A stretch of DNA of 64,000 nt from Amoebidium appalachense (lineage: Eukaryota > Protista > Ichthyosporea), in contig CAVNZM010000013.1 of assembly GCA_963693365.1 (NCBI GenBank), positions 893,817 to 957,816 of the forward strand. Reading direction: 5' to 3'. This document shows, piece after piece, positions 1 through 20,508 of this stretch. Made by a program: the position numbers and the translations under genes. Within the stretch, counting starts at the first letter, position 1, and every line of letters starts with the position of its first letter. Below the pieces are notes generated by a model. The model was not told the DNA's origin and did not search any database. It saw only the letters and a program-made list of their open reading frames with translations.

Positions 1-96
1 CACCATATTCGTTTTCCTTTGAACCGAAACGTTATCGATTCGTAAAAAAAGGTATTAAGGCAAGGTGCCTGTGTGTGGGTGTGTGTGGGTGTGTGT

Positions 97-159
<63 letters not shown>

Positions 160-249
160 CTGGGGGGGGGGGGGGGGGGGGGGGGGAAGAAGAGAGAGAA
201 GAAAAAATCTGATACCTTAGCTCCTCAGGCCTTGGGGAGTTGATGATCA

Positions 250-294
<45 letters not shown>

Positions 295-549
295 TGTGTG
301 TTGTGTAAGAACAAATGGGTGTCCGCGCACACCCGTTGAGTGCATATGTAGGTGAGTGAAATCGTGTTGTGTGGATGTGTGGATGCTGGCGTGTGTGTGC
401 GGGGCGTGTAAAAAGTCTGGGGGAGAACGGCAGGGAGACAGTGGGAAAGTGGAGAGGGGAGAGGGTAGATAGAACATGATGGGAGAATGGATGTCGGAGG
501 GATGAGGGTAGGAGGGGGAATGGGGAATGGGGAATGTTTGTGTGTTGGT

Positions 550-625
<76 letters not shown>

Positions 626-658
626 TAGGTTAGCACCATTCTTCTGTAGATGACACCA

Positions 659-715
<57 letters not shown>

Positions 716-826
716 GTAACCCTCACAATGTTTGGTAAATTTCCACAATGTAGTCAAATATGCATCCGACAAAGTGCAGTCTCCAGTAATGCACAACACC
801 ACTATTCCCCCCCCCCCCCCCCCCCC

Positions 827-879
<53 letters not shown>

Positions 880-1318
880 TCGTACCCTGATTTGGGGATG
901 GAAAAAGAAGCATATTCGACCCTATTCTTTCAGACACCCCATACTCAAACCTGCAGACATAGCACCATAAGCGATGCACATACACACACACACACAAAAA
1001 ATACAGGATCTATTTAACTCACCTTTCCTTTTGTGTGTTTTCGAGAAGTGAAAGAGGGAGGAAGGATAGGTGGTGGGTTGGATGGGGGCCGGGGGGGGGG
1101 GGGGGGGGGGGGGAGGGGTCGGGGTCTCAGAGAGAGGAAGGTAAGAAGACACACGGGGAGGGAGAGGGACAGAGGCAGAAGTGGAGAAGGGAAAGGGAGA
1201 GAACAAGGGAGGGGGAGGGAGGGAGGGGACGGGAGTAAAAGGGGGGGGGGGGGGAGCTGGGGCGAGAGAGAAAAAGCGGAAAAGGGAGAGCAAGAGCGAG
1301 AGAGCAAGTGGGACAGAC

Positions 1319-1349
<31 letters not shown>

Positions 1350-1377
1350 CAACACACCCACCCACCCACCCACACAC

Positions 1378-1416
<39 letters not shown>

Positions 1417-1492
1417 GCACGCACGCACACATGCACACACACAAAGAACACACACACACCATTGAAAACAAAAAATAAAAACACCATCTCAC

Positions 1493-8367
<6,875 letters not shown>

Positions 8368-9311
8368 CTGCACGGGAACCATTAATTAACAATAAATGGT
8401 TATACACATATGCACGTGTGTGCAAGTACGATGCGTGCAAAAGCGTGCACACATACACACCCACGCTCATGCACAGACATTCGCGCATGCAGACACACAC
8501 ACACACACACACATTTGGGCATGCACGTACACACGCGTGCCGCACAATCACGTGTTCGCACACGCAGTATATAAGCGGGGCTGGATGGTAAGGAAGAATG
8601 ATGCGGACAACATAACAAGTAAAAGAGAAACGCAAAAAGAAAGCAATAAGTGGTGTTTGGAAAGAAGATTTCAAGGTCTTAAACATCGGAGGGAGAGAAG
8701 GGGGAGGGGAGGGCGGGGAGAGGGGGGGGGGGGGGGGGGGGGGGGGGAAGGGGATGCTCGAAGGAAGAGCAAGGGCAGAGCCGGAGTTCGGGTGAAAGTT
8801 GATGAGGGAGGTGATGAGGAAGCGGGGTGGGGGGTGGGGCGTGGGGGGGGTGGGGGGGCGGGGGGTGGGGGGGAAGCATACGGGCGACAGAGAGCGAGTA
8901 AGAAAGAGCAGGTGAAAGGGGGGGGGGGGGGGGGGGGGGGGGGGGGATATAAGAGAGGGAAAGAGAGCCAGCAAGAAAAAAAGATTGGGAAGGGGGGGGG
9001 GGAAGAGGGGAGAGAGCGAGAAGAGAGAGAGAGCAAGCGAGAGAGAGCGAGAGCGAGAGAGTGAGCGAGAGCGAGAGAGAGAGAGGGGGGGGGGGCGGAG
9101 GGGGGAGAGAGGGAGAGAGAGAGGGGGGAGAGAGAGAGAGAGAGAGAGAGAAGAGAGAGAGGGAAGGAGGGAGGGAAGGAAGGAGGAAGGGAGGGGCAGG
9201 GAGGGAGGGAGGAAGGGAGGGAGGGAGGGAGGCAGGAAGGGAGGGAGGGAGAGAGAGCGAGAGGAAGAGAGAGACGTTTTTTGCGCGTGTGTATTGCGTG
9301 TGTATATATGG

Positions 9312-9392
<81 letters not shown>

Positions 9393-9586
9393 TGTGTATG
9401 TGTGTGTATGTGTACGTGAGTGTGTGTGCCTGTGTGTGTATGTGTATGTGTGTGTGTAAGCACACGCGCATTTGCAAGCAGCCTTGAATAAGTTCTTCTT
9501 CCACAAGCTCCCCCGTGTCCTTCACACCAACCCTCACCACCACTACTCATGCCACCCATGGACTCATAAACAGCCGCATCGTTTAC

Positions 9587-9650
9587 CTTGCTGTGTTGCT
9601 GCTCTTCGCCCTGACCATGGAAAAACGAGCGAGAATTCTGACAGCGATGC
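9587..9650 (-). other. Probable 5' leader exon of CLASRP
   Basis: AAG|GTAAAC donor at 9587/9586. The CLASRP ATG (8367) is immediately preceded by an acceptor (ttcccgtgcag|ATG). The left boundary is firm, the transcription start is not. Confidence 0.5.
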
Positions 9651-9928
9651 AGCAGAATAATTAACTGCCGGCGCTGGCAGCAAAGGCGGAAGGGGTTTTC
9701 GGACGCGCTATTGTATTTATAAAGCTATTTTTTACGGCTAGAGCTCCGAACAAGTTCACTTGGAACATGACGGCAGGAAAGGGAACGTTCGGGGGAACTT
9801 GACTTCGCACCTCCTTTGTTTACTCCGTAGTCTGTATAATGTATACTGTAAAAAGCAAATTTGTGCATTCAGTACAAGGTCCTGGAAATAAATATGACGT
9901 CATAAATAGCAGACTGCTATCACGTCCC

Positions 9929-9970
<42 letters not shown>

Positions 9971-10039
9971 GGCTGGTTGCCTGCCCACTCCTGGCCCTCA
10001 GAGCTGAGAGGGGGCAAGAAGCTTGGCGGAGAAGCCCGG

Positions 10040-10275
<236 letters not shown>

Positions 10276-10889
10276 GAGCTCGAGCGGGGGGAGGGGGGCG
10301 TGAGGGGGGGGGGGAGGGAGGGTGGGAGGAGGAGGGGGAGAGGGGCAGGGGGGCAGGGGGAAGAGGCAGGGGGAGGGGGAGAGAGAGAGAGGGGGGGGGG
10401 GGGGAGAGCTAGGGAGAGCTCGGGGGGAGGGGGGGGGGGAGGGGGGGGGGGGGGGGGGGGGGGAGAGAGGGGGGGGGGGGAGAGAGAGATTTATGTAGGA
10501 AAGAAAGAAGAAGAAGGAAAGGAAAAACAAATAGAAAAACAGAAGAAAGAACAGAAATTTAAACCGGAAATGCTCCACAAAGGAATATTACACACGCGAC
10601 CACCACCACCACCCACCCACACACATATCACACTAAAGAAAAAGAAGAAGAAAGAAGAAAGGAAAGGAAAAATAATTTTCTCAGAAACCGCCGCCACACA
10701 TGCAGGCAAAGTTGGCCTCACACCACACAACAGCATGCCGAGTTTTGAAACAAGGGCTGGTTTGAGATCTTTAATTTGGCTTGTTACACATGCGAGAAAG
10801 AGGTTTCTATTATAGCAATAACCCCCGGATTATGTCATTTATGGAATGGGGGGTTCAGAAGTACTGTACATATAATATAATACTATAAA

Positions 10890-11054
10890 AAAAGTAGGAA
10901 TATAGCATCAACTATTAGCCTTATTTGTAACAGAATGTCGAACAGAAAGAAATCAATTCATGCACACTTCGAAAAAGTAGGAATATAGCACCAACTATTA
11001 GCACTATTTGTAACAGAATGTCGAACAGAAAGAAATCAATTCATGCACAATTCG
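10890..11054. repeat. Tandem duplication of an ~82-bp unit
   Basis: aaaagtaggaatatagca..aactattagc..tatttgtaacagaatgtcgaacagaaagaaatcaattcatgcaca.ttcg occurs twice head-to-tail. Confidence 0.9.
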
Positions 11055-11080
11055 CCTAAGTGCGTCCAACGTGTGCGCAG

Positions 11081-11154
<74 letters not shown>

Positions 11155-11452
11155 GCACGTGCACACCAGCATGCGCCTGCTTGTGTGTGTGTGTGTGTGT
11201 GTGTATGTGCACGGATTAACCTGTATGTACATACGATTTTCATTTGCCATTATCAACCTACAGCGCGAAAAGGCTTGCATTCGTTAACGACAGAGCATTT
11301 TAACACCTTAACGACAGAGCATTTTAACACCTCGCACACAACAACAATCTAGAGATATTACTATCATATATATATATCTCATAAGGCTACTAATCTCGTG
11401 TCGAAGTTCCAATGCAATCCCCTACCTCCACACATACACGCTCACATGTACA

Positions 11453-11530
<78 letters not shown>

Positions 11531-11552
11531 CATATCCACATGCCCTTCTAGC

Positions 11553-11838
11553 CTAATTATCATGCTCCTGTGTTGGTGGAAACTCCAGACCCCAGAACCC
11601 TTCTGGTGTGTTCTGTGGAATGTGGATGTGCTTGTGTCGACACGTGCACAGGTGTCGATCCGTCCCAAGCGCTGCCGTGGCATTATAATACTGCAACCAA
11701 TTAAATGAAGTGATTAGTTTTCAGTAGAGCTGGAGGGAAAGGGCTGCAAAACCGAGTCTCCCCCCACCCCACCCCCACCCCAGCGCCTTTTCCCTCCCCC
11801 AGTATCCGAATCCAGGGCAGCGAACCGAAAGAGGGCCG

Positions 11839-11885
<47 letters not shown>

Positions 11886-12187
11886 AACTTAAAAGGAAAG
11901 CATTAAGAGTGCTCCCAAACCCCCGGCAAATCAATCACCATACGAACTTCACTTGTGTGTGCGCGTGTGCGTGCGCGTGTGTGTGTGTGTGTGTGTGCGC
12001 ACGCGCACGCGTGCACGCGAAAATGCATTCGCTGTGTGTGTTTGTATGCACTGTGTGTGCATGGGTGCCTTGTGTCCATGCATGTGCCCATGTGTACGTG
12101 TGTGCATTGTCTGTGTGCCTGCGTGCCTGCGTGTGCATGTTATGTGTACATTTGCGTGGCGAAAAGAGAGGTGTGTGTGTGTGTGGG

Positions 12188-12229
<42 letters not shown>

Positions 12230-12489
12230 GGTTACACGTACCCCTTTGCATTCAGGGCACATTGCAGCCGTCATCCTAGCCCTCTCATCCTTGCTCCTTA
12301 CCGTCTCGTTGTATTTGACGGCCTGTATCTTCCTCTTCCTCTCCTCCGTGGCTCTCTGGTACTCTGCCCACCTAAAAATAACAACGTTGTCTTTGTTCAG
12401 AACTTCGAAGCCAAAAGAAAAAAAAAGAAAAAAGAAAAAAAAACGTAGACGACGATCCTCAAACCTTTTCTTTGGTCAGCATTTTGTAG

Positions 12490-12532
<43 letters not shown>

Positions 12533-12762
12533 AAAAAATAATAAAAATAACACGACAATCCCCAAACCACCACCACCACCACCACCACCACCCCCATCCA
12601 CCCTCACTTTTCTTCCCCCTCCTCTGGAAAGCTCTAAACCTTGGCGGCCCTTTTCAATCCTTTTCTCTCACCGGGGAAGGGGGAGGGGGAGGGGGGGGGG
12701 GGGGGGGGGGGGAGAGAGCAAGCAGTTTGGTGGTGAAAGGAAAAAAAGATTAGAGGGAGGGG

Positions 12763-12796
<34 letters not shown>

Positions 12797-13269
12797 TGAG
12801 GATAAATGTTTGGATGTTTGGGGGGGAAAACAAGAAAAAACAAGGGGAAAAAAACAAACAAAATAAGAAAGAGGGGGGGGACATACTCTGCAGCAGTCCT
12901 TTCCTTGTCAAGAACCTCAGGAGCGTCGACACCAACCCCAAAATCAACAACAGAGTCCGTGTCTCTCCCCCTTCCTGATTGGTTGATCCCACCACCACCA
13001 CCACCACCACCACCACCACCACCACCACCGTTCATAACACCACCGCCTATTGTAGTGTGTTGTGGGTTCTGTTGCTTGCTTGAATTGTTGTTGTTGTTGC
13101 TTGTGGTGTTTGTCTTGGAGGATGGTTTTGTGTATTTTGTGCTTGTCGTTGCCGTAGCGGCGCTGTTACGGAGGTGGTTGTTGTTTTCGAGAGCCTTGCG
13201 TATTCCTGAAACTGGTGAGGTGGAGGTGTTTAGAGGCGGTTAGATGTGCGTGTTTGTGTGTGTGTGTGT

Positions 13270-13314
<45 letters not shown>

Positions 13315-13620
13315 TGTGTGTTTGTGGCAGGGGGGGAAGGAGGGGGGGGGGGGGGGGGAGATAGATGTGTTTGTGTGTTTGTACGTTTGTACGTTTGGAC
13401 GTGTTTGTCTCTCTGTGTGTGTGTGTTGTGAGTGTGTGTGTGTGTGTGTGTGTTGTGTGTGTGTATGTGTGGTAAAGGGAGGGGAGAGGCAGGAAACGAA
13501 GGGTTGGGGGGGGGGGGGGGGGGGGGGGGGTTGTTTTTGTTGGTGTGCATGTGTGTGTGTATGTGTGTATGTGTTTTCTTTTTTGTTTTTTTGTTTGTTT
13601 GTTTTTTTTGTTTTTTGTTT

Positions 13621-13668
<48 letters not shown>

Positions 13669-14794
13669 ACAATATTAATGCTGTGTGTGCGTGCGTGCTC
13701 CACGTTTGTGTGGTGTGGGGAAGCAGGCGAGAGAGGGGTTAGAAAATGAACAACTGCACACCTGACAGGTGTTTTCTTACTCCATTATTGGTTAGCCCCC
13801 TCCCGGACCCTTCCCTCACCTGCGGCCCTCGGGCCTCTCTCAAACACTCATGAAGGAATGGGACGGACCCCACAGCCCCCCCCAGCCCCCCCCCCACCCC
13901 CCCACCCCCTCTCCCCCCCACAACAAATGAAAAAAACGCCACTTGACATTAACTACTCAATCCTCATTCGCGGCAACCCTTATCCCGCCAACACACCTTA
14001 CCACGCCAAACCTCACTGCTTCGTCCCGTTCCATATAAGACCCTACCTCTCCCCTCCCCTCCCGTCCCCCTCCTCCCCACTCCAAAACAAAAAAAAAAGA
14101 AAAATAAAAATAAAGATTAGACAAGAAAAAAGAAAGAAAGAAAGAACGAAAGACAAAAGGAGGGAAAGACAACAAAGAAAGAATGAAAAAAGCGATAAGA
14201 AAGAGAAGGTGTGGAGTTGGCGGAACATTTCACACACCGGTGATGGGCTGTGGTGCCTTGAACCCAGTATTGTGGTCTGACAGACTGCCTGCTTCCTCCT
14301 CCTCCTGTTTCTCCCCTGCAACATATTGATATTAGAGATTGCGTAAACCTCAGCAAATTATTTTATCCCCCCCCCCCCCCCCCCCCCAACCGCCGCTCCC
14401 CTCTTCATCCCTCCACCCTACTCCTCCCCACCCAACAACCACCGCAACCAATCCCCTCAGCACCAATGTGCATGTGATTTGAACCATCTGCATACCCCCC
14501 CCCCCCCCCCCCCCCCCCCCCACCACCACCACCACCACCACCACCACCACACACACACACACACAACAGTCCTAAATAGACAAGGAACATGTACAACATA
14601 TCACAAGCACGTGCGCACACGCAGCTTATGGACACCCTCCTATTAATTCCCTAAGGACCATGAATGCACGTACAGACTGACATCACACACAACACTCCCC
14701 CACACAGACTACCATACGTACACACACAGAAGGGTGGGGGGGGGGGGGGGGGGGGGGGAGAAGGGGGGGGGGGGGGGGGGGGGGGAGAAGATTG

Positions 14795-14885
<91 letters not shown>

Positions 14886-14897
14886 CAGAAAGACAAA

Positions 14898-14988
<91 letters not shown>

Positions 14989-15497
14989 CTCAACACGTCA
15001 CTCTAACGCTTAAAACAAAAGATTATACAAGATTATACCTGATTGGTCGGCCTGGCTGTACCTATTCCTCCTCCCCTCAGAGGCCAACTTCAATTTCTTG
15101 CTCCGGTTTTGGTTATCCCCACCCGCCGGGGAATCACTTTGCTTCTTCAAAGATGCCGGTGCGGATACAGAGCCCTTTGGAGCTCTTGATGGACTTTGCT
15201 GCTGTGATGGTCTGTTTACAGGCGCGGGGGGGGGGGGGGGGGAAGGGAGGAGGGAGGGGATTAATAAACTGCTTTGGTTTGGCATCATATTTGTTGAGTA
15301 CGAATCCCTACCCGGCCGTATCTAGAAAAGGGGTTGGAGAGAGAAGGGGGAGGTGGGGAATGAGGGAGAGGGAAGGGGGAGGAGGGGGGGGGGGGGGGGG
15401 GGGGTTTCGGCAACAGGATAAGAAAACATTAAAAAATGAAATTAAACTAAAATACATCACTCGAAAAAAAAAATTAACACAGACTCTGGAGGGGGAA

Positions 15498-15535
<38 letters not shown>

Positions 15536-15605
15536 GACAGAGTGAGGGAGGGACAGAGAGAGAGGAAGAGCGAGGGAGGCAAAAAGAAAGAGAGAGGGGG
15601 AGGGG

Positions 15606-15651
<46 letters not shown>

Positions 15652-16823
15652 AAGAGATTACTATTTATCGACTTTAAGCCTCTGCTTGGTAAAGGGAGAA
15701 AGCGCGAGAAAGAGAGAGAGGGGGAGGGGGGGGGGAGCAAGAGACATGTGGAGACAGGGAGAGATAGCTGGGGGGGGGGGGGGGGGGGGGGGAGGGGGGC
15801 AGGTGCAGACCTCTTGTAGACCTTAACCTTCTGCTTGTATGTGTGCAACACTTCATCGAGCTTCAGCTTGCTTTCTCGAATGTTCTCGTTTTCGGCTTCG
15901 AGCTCGTGGAGAATGGTCTCAAGCTGCCCGTACTCATGCCGCAGGCTGTAAAAAAATACATCAATACATTACAATACAAAAATAAAATAAAAAAAGGGGA
16001 AAAAAGGGGTGGAAAAGGGGAAGAGACAGAAGAAAAAAGGTAATGTGAAAGATATTTACCGTCGCAAGCTGCTGCATTCATGACGCAGGCTGTAGTGTTT
16101 AATCTATATACTGATTAGATACTAAATAGAATAGGAATACCAAAAGGGGAATTCGGATAGAGACTGCCAAGCTTCAACGCGTGAACGCGGTATAACCTAC
16201 AGCGCAAACGAACATGGTTGTGTCTACAGAGAAAACACAGGTAGTTCCGAGCATCGAAGGGCCCTTTCAGGATGGCGGGGGGGGGGGGGGGGGGGGCATT
16301 GCATCAAATTTAAACAAATATATGCAAGGACTTTTGAAGGGGAGGTATGGGGTGTGTGTGTCTCTGTGTTTGTGTCTATCTGAGTGTGTGCGCATGCGCG
16401 GGGAAGCGCGCGCATGGGTTGTTTGTTGCGTGTGTATGTGTGTGTGCATCTGTGTGTGCGCACATGTATGTGTTTGTACGTGCATGCGTTTTTTGCGCAT
16501 GCGTGTATGGATGTGCGTGTCTAACATTTACATATGTGCCCGTGTCTGTTGTGCCTTTGCGCCCCTATGTGTATTTTGGTGTGGGGGGTTAAAGAGAAAT
16601 ACTTGGCCTCCACGAGACCAACCTTTCCAGTGTTTCTTTAAGTGTAGCTATTTCCGTCGCAGCCATCCTCGCATCATATTGCCTTGCCCTCCTCTCAGCG
16701 TCCAATGAGTGCTGCAGATCCATCACCCTCAGGTTGTGATTGGACTCCTGCGCACTGTTTGCACGCCGCAGTTCGTCGATTTGCTGCTCCAGTCCTATTA
16801 TTTAAAACGAAAAAAAAAAAAAA

Positions 16824-16896
<73 letters not shown>

Positions 16897-17079
16897 AAAG
16901 AAAAAGAAGGAAAAAGAAGAAAGACGCCGGGTTAGTCTTTAACGACTAACAGTTAAAAGGTTCGTGGTTCTTAAACTGCTCACAGTGTGCAAATTTAGAG
17001 CTTCATGTAAGAATAGACCGTGCGTTATGGCACCCCACCACCATTCACCTCCAACGCCCTTTTACTCCCATCCACCCCC

Positions 17080-17113
<34 letters not shown>

Positions 17114-17498
17114 TTCTGTGTATATTCCCACCCACCCACCTACCAAACCAAATGCACACCCCTTTCCCCATCTCTGTGTTTTATCGACTTATGCAAATGA
17201 GGCCCCGGCCACATCAGCAGAATCAACTTGCTCTGAGCAGAATTGTTCTGCAGAAATCAGAATTTTTCTGCAAAAATCAGAACTATGCTGCAAAAATCAG
17301 AATTTTTCTTTAAAAATCGGAATTATTCTGCATCAACAGAAGCAAATACTCCCCAAAAAAATAGGGGGGGGAAAGGATTATTCTGCGTTTAGCACTTATT
17401 CTGCTGCCGTGAGCAGAATAATTCGTAATTCTACTTTTGCAGGATAATTCTACTTGCAGCAAGTCAATTCTGCTAACGTAGTTGGGCCCTCACATGCG

Positions 17499-17553
<55 letters not shown>

Positions 17554-17586
17554 ACCCCACCCACCCACCCACACACACACACATAC

Positions 17587-17617
<31 letters not shown>

Positions 17618-18756
17618 CACCCAACCTCATCCACTCCCTTCTCTCCGAACACAACACCACCACCACCACCACCAATACCACCAGCAAGCATAAACTGTAT
17701 TGATGAATTTATCGCAAGGTGCGTATATATAGCCTTTCCTGCAGATGCTAATGCGCCGGAGTCACGCCTGCAAATTTTTTTAATGTCCACATAAAGGAAT
17801 AGAAGTGATCGATCGGTCTGAACGGATATTAGGAGAGCAAAAAAGGAATGTAGAGTGGTAATACGTGGCCAACCAAGGCCAGATAGCAGACAACCTTTGA
17901 TAAATTTTGGGTGGGGAGGGGGGAAGGGGGAGGGGCTTATTGGGGGGGGGAGGTGGTGGTGGGGGGAGGGGGGAGGGGGGGGGGGGGGGGGGGCTCATGA
18001 TAAATGGAACGTTAGGGGGGCTGTGCCCAGCAAGAAAAAGCCTAGGCACTCTGTTTGAGTAGATGTGTATTTCTGATGAACGTGCACTTCATTATCCCCT
18101 GCTTGATTGCTCGTGCAAGGAAGTGTGCGTACACAGGCCTCTGTTTACGTGTGTGTCCACGTTTTTGCGATGGGCATGCATGTGGGTCGTGTATGTGTGC
18201 GTTCGCGTGTGCGTGCTTGCGTGCATGTGCTTCGCGGTGCCACGCACCGGCAGGCGTGTGTGTTGCTGCTTCTTCAGACGTTTTTTCATATTTTCTCTTC
18301 GCCCCTCATACCTCGCACATGAAGACACACACATTCTCCCTCTTCCCCTTCCCCTCGCCATCCATGGCACCCCATCTCCCAACTCTCCCCCCCCCCCCCC
18401 CCCACCCCACCCCCCCCCCCCCCCCCTCCCTCCCTCTGTCATCCCCACCCGCATCTCTTTCCTCGGCCAACTCACCATTCCCCCCACTCAACCAGCCAAC
18501 TCGCTCCAACCATCATCCAATTTTTCTACCCTCACCTTCTCTCGTATAAAATCAACCCTTCTCTTACATCTTTTTACAAACGCTTATCTTCCTTCTTTTT
18601 TATCTTTTTTTTTTGTGTGTACGTAATCCTAAAGGATGCTGTCGACCTACCGTGCACTATCTCATAGTGTACTCTATAAAGAGTCTGCATGGCGGTGGTG
18701 AAGTCCGCTGGGTCCACCCTCGGCTGGTCAAGCTGCAGTGCCCCAGCATTCTGCAT
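11553..18756 (-). CDS. RBBP8: CtIP/Sae2/Ctp1-family DNA end-resection factor
   Basis: Exons 18756-18651 (MQNAG..DFTTAMQTLYRVHYEIVH), 16794-16623 and 15945-15811 (coiled coil), 15211-15039, 14315-14238, possibly one near 13.76-13.87 kb, 13211-12887, 12371-12242 (KYNETVRSKDERARMTAAMCPECKG), 11690-11553 (YYNA..CRHK..IPQNTPEGFWGLEFPPTQEHDN*). The C-terminus matches the Sae2/CtIP domain (VRKKEERRKL..CKECEIYY..SRHR..PPNTPENFWEVGFPSTQ). All listed junctions are GT-AG and in phase. Confidence 0.9.
17198..17492. mobile_element. MITE-like element with imperfect ~35-bp terminal inverted repeats, in CtIP intron 1
   Basis: Left tgaggccccggccacatcagcagaatcaacttgct versus reverse complement of right end tgagggcccaactacgttagcagaattgacttgct. 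Internal repeats of gcagaa/aatcagaattttctgc. No clear TSD. Confidence 0.6.
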
Positions 18757-19367
18757 CGTGGGCACCCACACAAAAGGGAAGTAGCAAGGGCGAGGATGCA
18801 AGAAAAAAAGTTAAAGATGATAACGTTGAAGAATAGTGACGGGACCTTGGAAAGTTTATGATGGATTCTAGACAAGGCCTCCTAGATGCAACAGGAGGCC
18901 TTGATTCTAGAGCTCGCAATAAAATTGGATCGCTTTTCGAGCAATTCGTTGGAGCTTTTGCCGGGGAAAAAAGCCTTCCCTGTGTGTACCTTTTCGAAAT
19001 GCAAAATACTAAGCAAAATACTATTTAGAGCAAAGTCTAGAACATCAGCATTTAAAGCTTATCTTAGAAAAGGTGAAGGTAACCCCTACCCCCAATGTGC
19101 TACATTCCCTTACAGCCCTAAACTAACCAGCAAAGAGGCACGAACAGCAGCACCGTTTCCTGCACCCGGCACACGGAAAACGAACTCCTACTAAATATGT
19201 TATTTATATTACATTTATTTATATAATAATAATATGTAATGATAATAATAATAATATGGCATCAGGCCTTGCTGTAACTGAGCTAAGCTTCACGTCACTT
19301 CTTGGTATGCAAGCTTTGCGCTGGCCAAGGCCAAGCAGTGGTTAGTGGTTTGTTCGGTCACATCATA

Positions 19368-19379
19368 TTTCCCGCCAAA
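19368..19379. promoter_or_regulatory. E2F-type site upstream of CtIP
   Basis: TTTCCCGCCAAA matches the E2F consensus TTTSSCGC, about 610 bp upstream of the CtIP ATG. Confidence 0.45.
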
Positions 19380-19568
19380 ACCCCACGGGTCGATTTCGGG
19401 TCAGAAAACAACAATTGCGAGCGGGTCTAGCGCATTTGGCCCGAGTTTATGTCGATCCGGAAAGATCCGGTCCATCCTACGACACAGCCCCAACTCGGCG
19501 ATAACTTGGAATGCTACCCGTATCATAGGGCTAACACGTATGCGTACTGACGTGTTGCCGCATGTGCG

Positions 19569-19606
<38 letters not shown>

Positions 19607-20474
19607 AGACACCGCCTCAGTAGGTGGTAGGGGTGGTGCCCTTTTATGTGTATGTGCGTGTGAGTGTGTGTGTATGTGGGGGAGGGGGGTGGGGGGAGGG
19701 GGGTGGTTGTATGTGTGTGTGTGTGTGCGCGCGCGCGTGCGCGCGTGTGTGGATGTGTTTGTGTGTGTGTGGTATTTCTTTTGAGGGGGCGAGGCGGTGA
19801 TTGAGTACATTAATTCGCGTTCTGCCCGTCCTCCCCCCCCCCCCCCCCCCCCCCCCCCCCGGGACACGAACACACGGTCGCACGCGCGACAAGGAAGGGG
19901 TTAAAAAAAAAAAAAAAAAAAAAAAATGAAAGGAGACACCGCCTCAGTAGGTGGTAGCCCGTAGCGCATCTGGTGCAACTTGCGGCAGCCAAAAAAATTG
20001 GGGTTGTACAGGCCTGCAGCTGACGCATAAGCTCACACAGGTTTATCATAATAGACGCCTGCACTGCTGTGGCGCGCGTATGCACATGCACAAAAGAGGT
20101 TCATTGCATTCAAGCTTATCCACACATCTCTGCAAGCAGCCATTATGTGTTATTATAGATGGCATCTGACACACTATCAGTATCGTGTAGGTTGAACGCT
20201 CTAGCTAGTGTAAACATGTGCACGTCAATAACCTGCACACAATAAATACCCAACAAATACACACAGTAAATACACACAGTAAATAGACACACTACATAAA
20301 TAGGTGACGCAAAAATTGCATACGATAACTATAATATACACAGGACCGCCTCTCACTCATTCAGATCTGCAAAAAGACTACAAGTACACGAAGATTCGCG
20401 GCCAACCGCTCACTTTGGTTTGCAAAGCCGTTCATATAACTGCAAACACTGCGTGAAAACGACACACGTGAATT

Positions 20475-20508
<34 letters not shown>

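Noticed and set aside
216-950. Further CLASRP exons at 886-950, ~715-782 and 216-230
   Set aside because: Splice signals are plausible, but there is no recognisable homology and phases are ambiguous, so they are left out of the firm model.
19930-20060. snRNA or SL RNA suggested by an Sm-like AATTTTTTGG on the minus strand
   Set aside because: No recognisable U1, U2, U4, U5, U11 or U12 sequence surrounds it.
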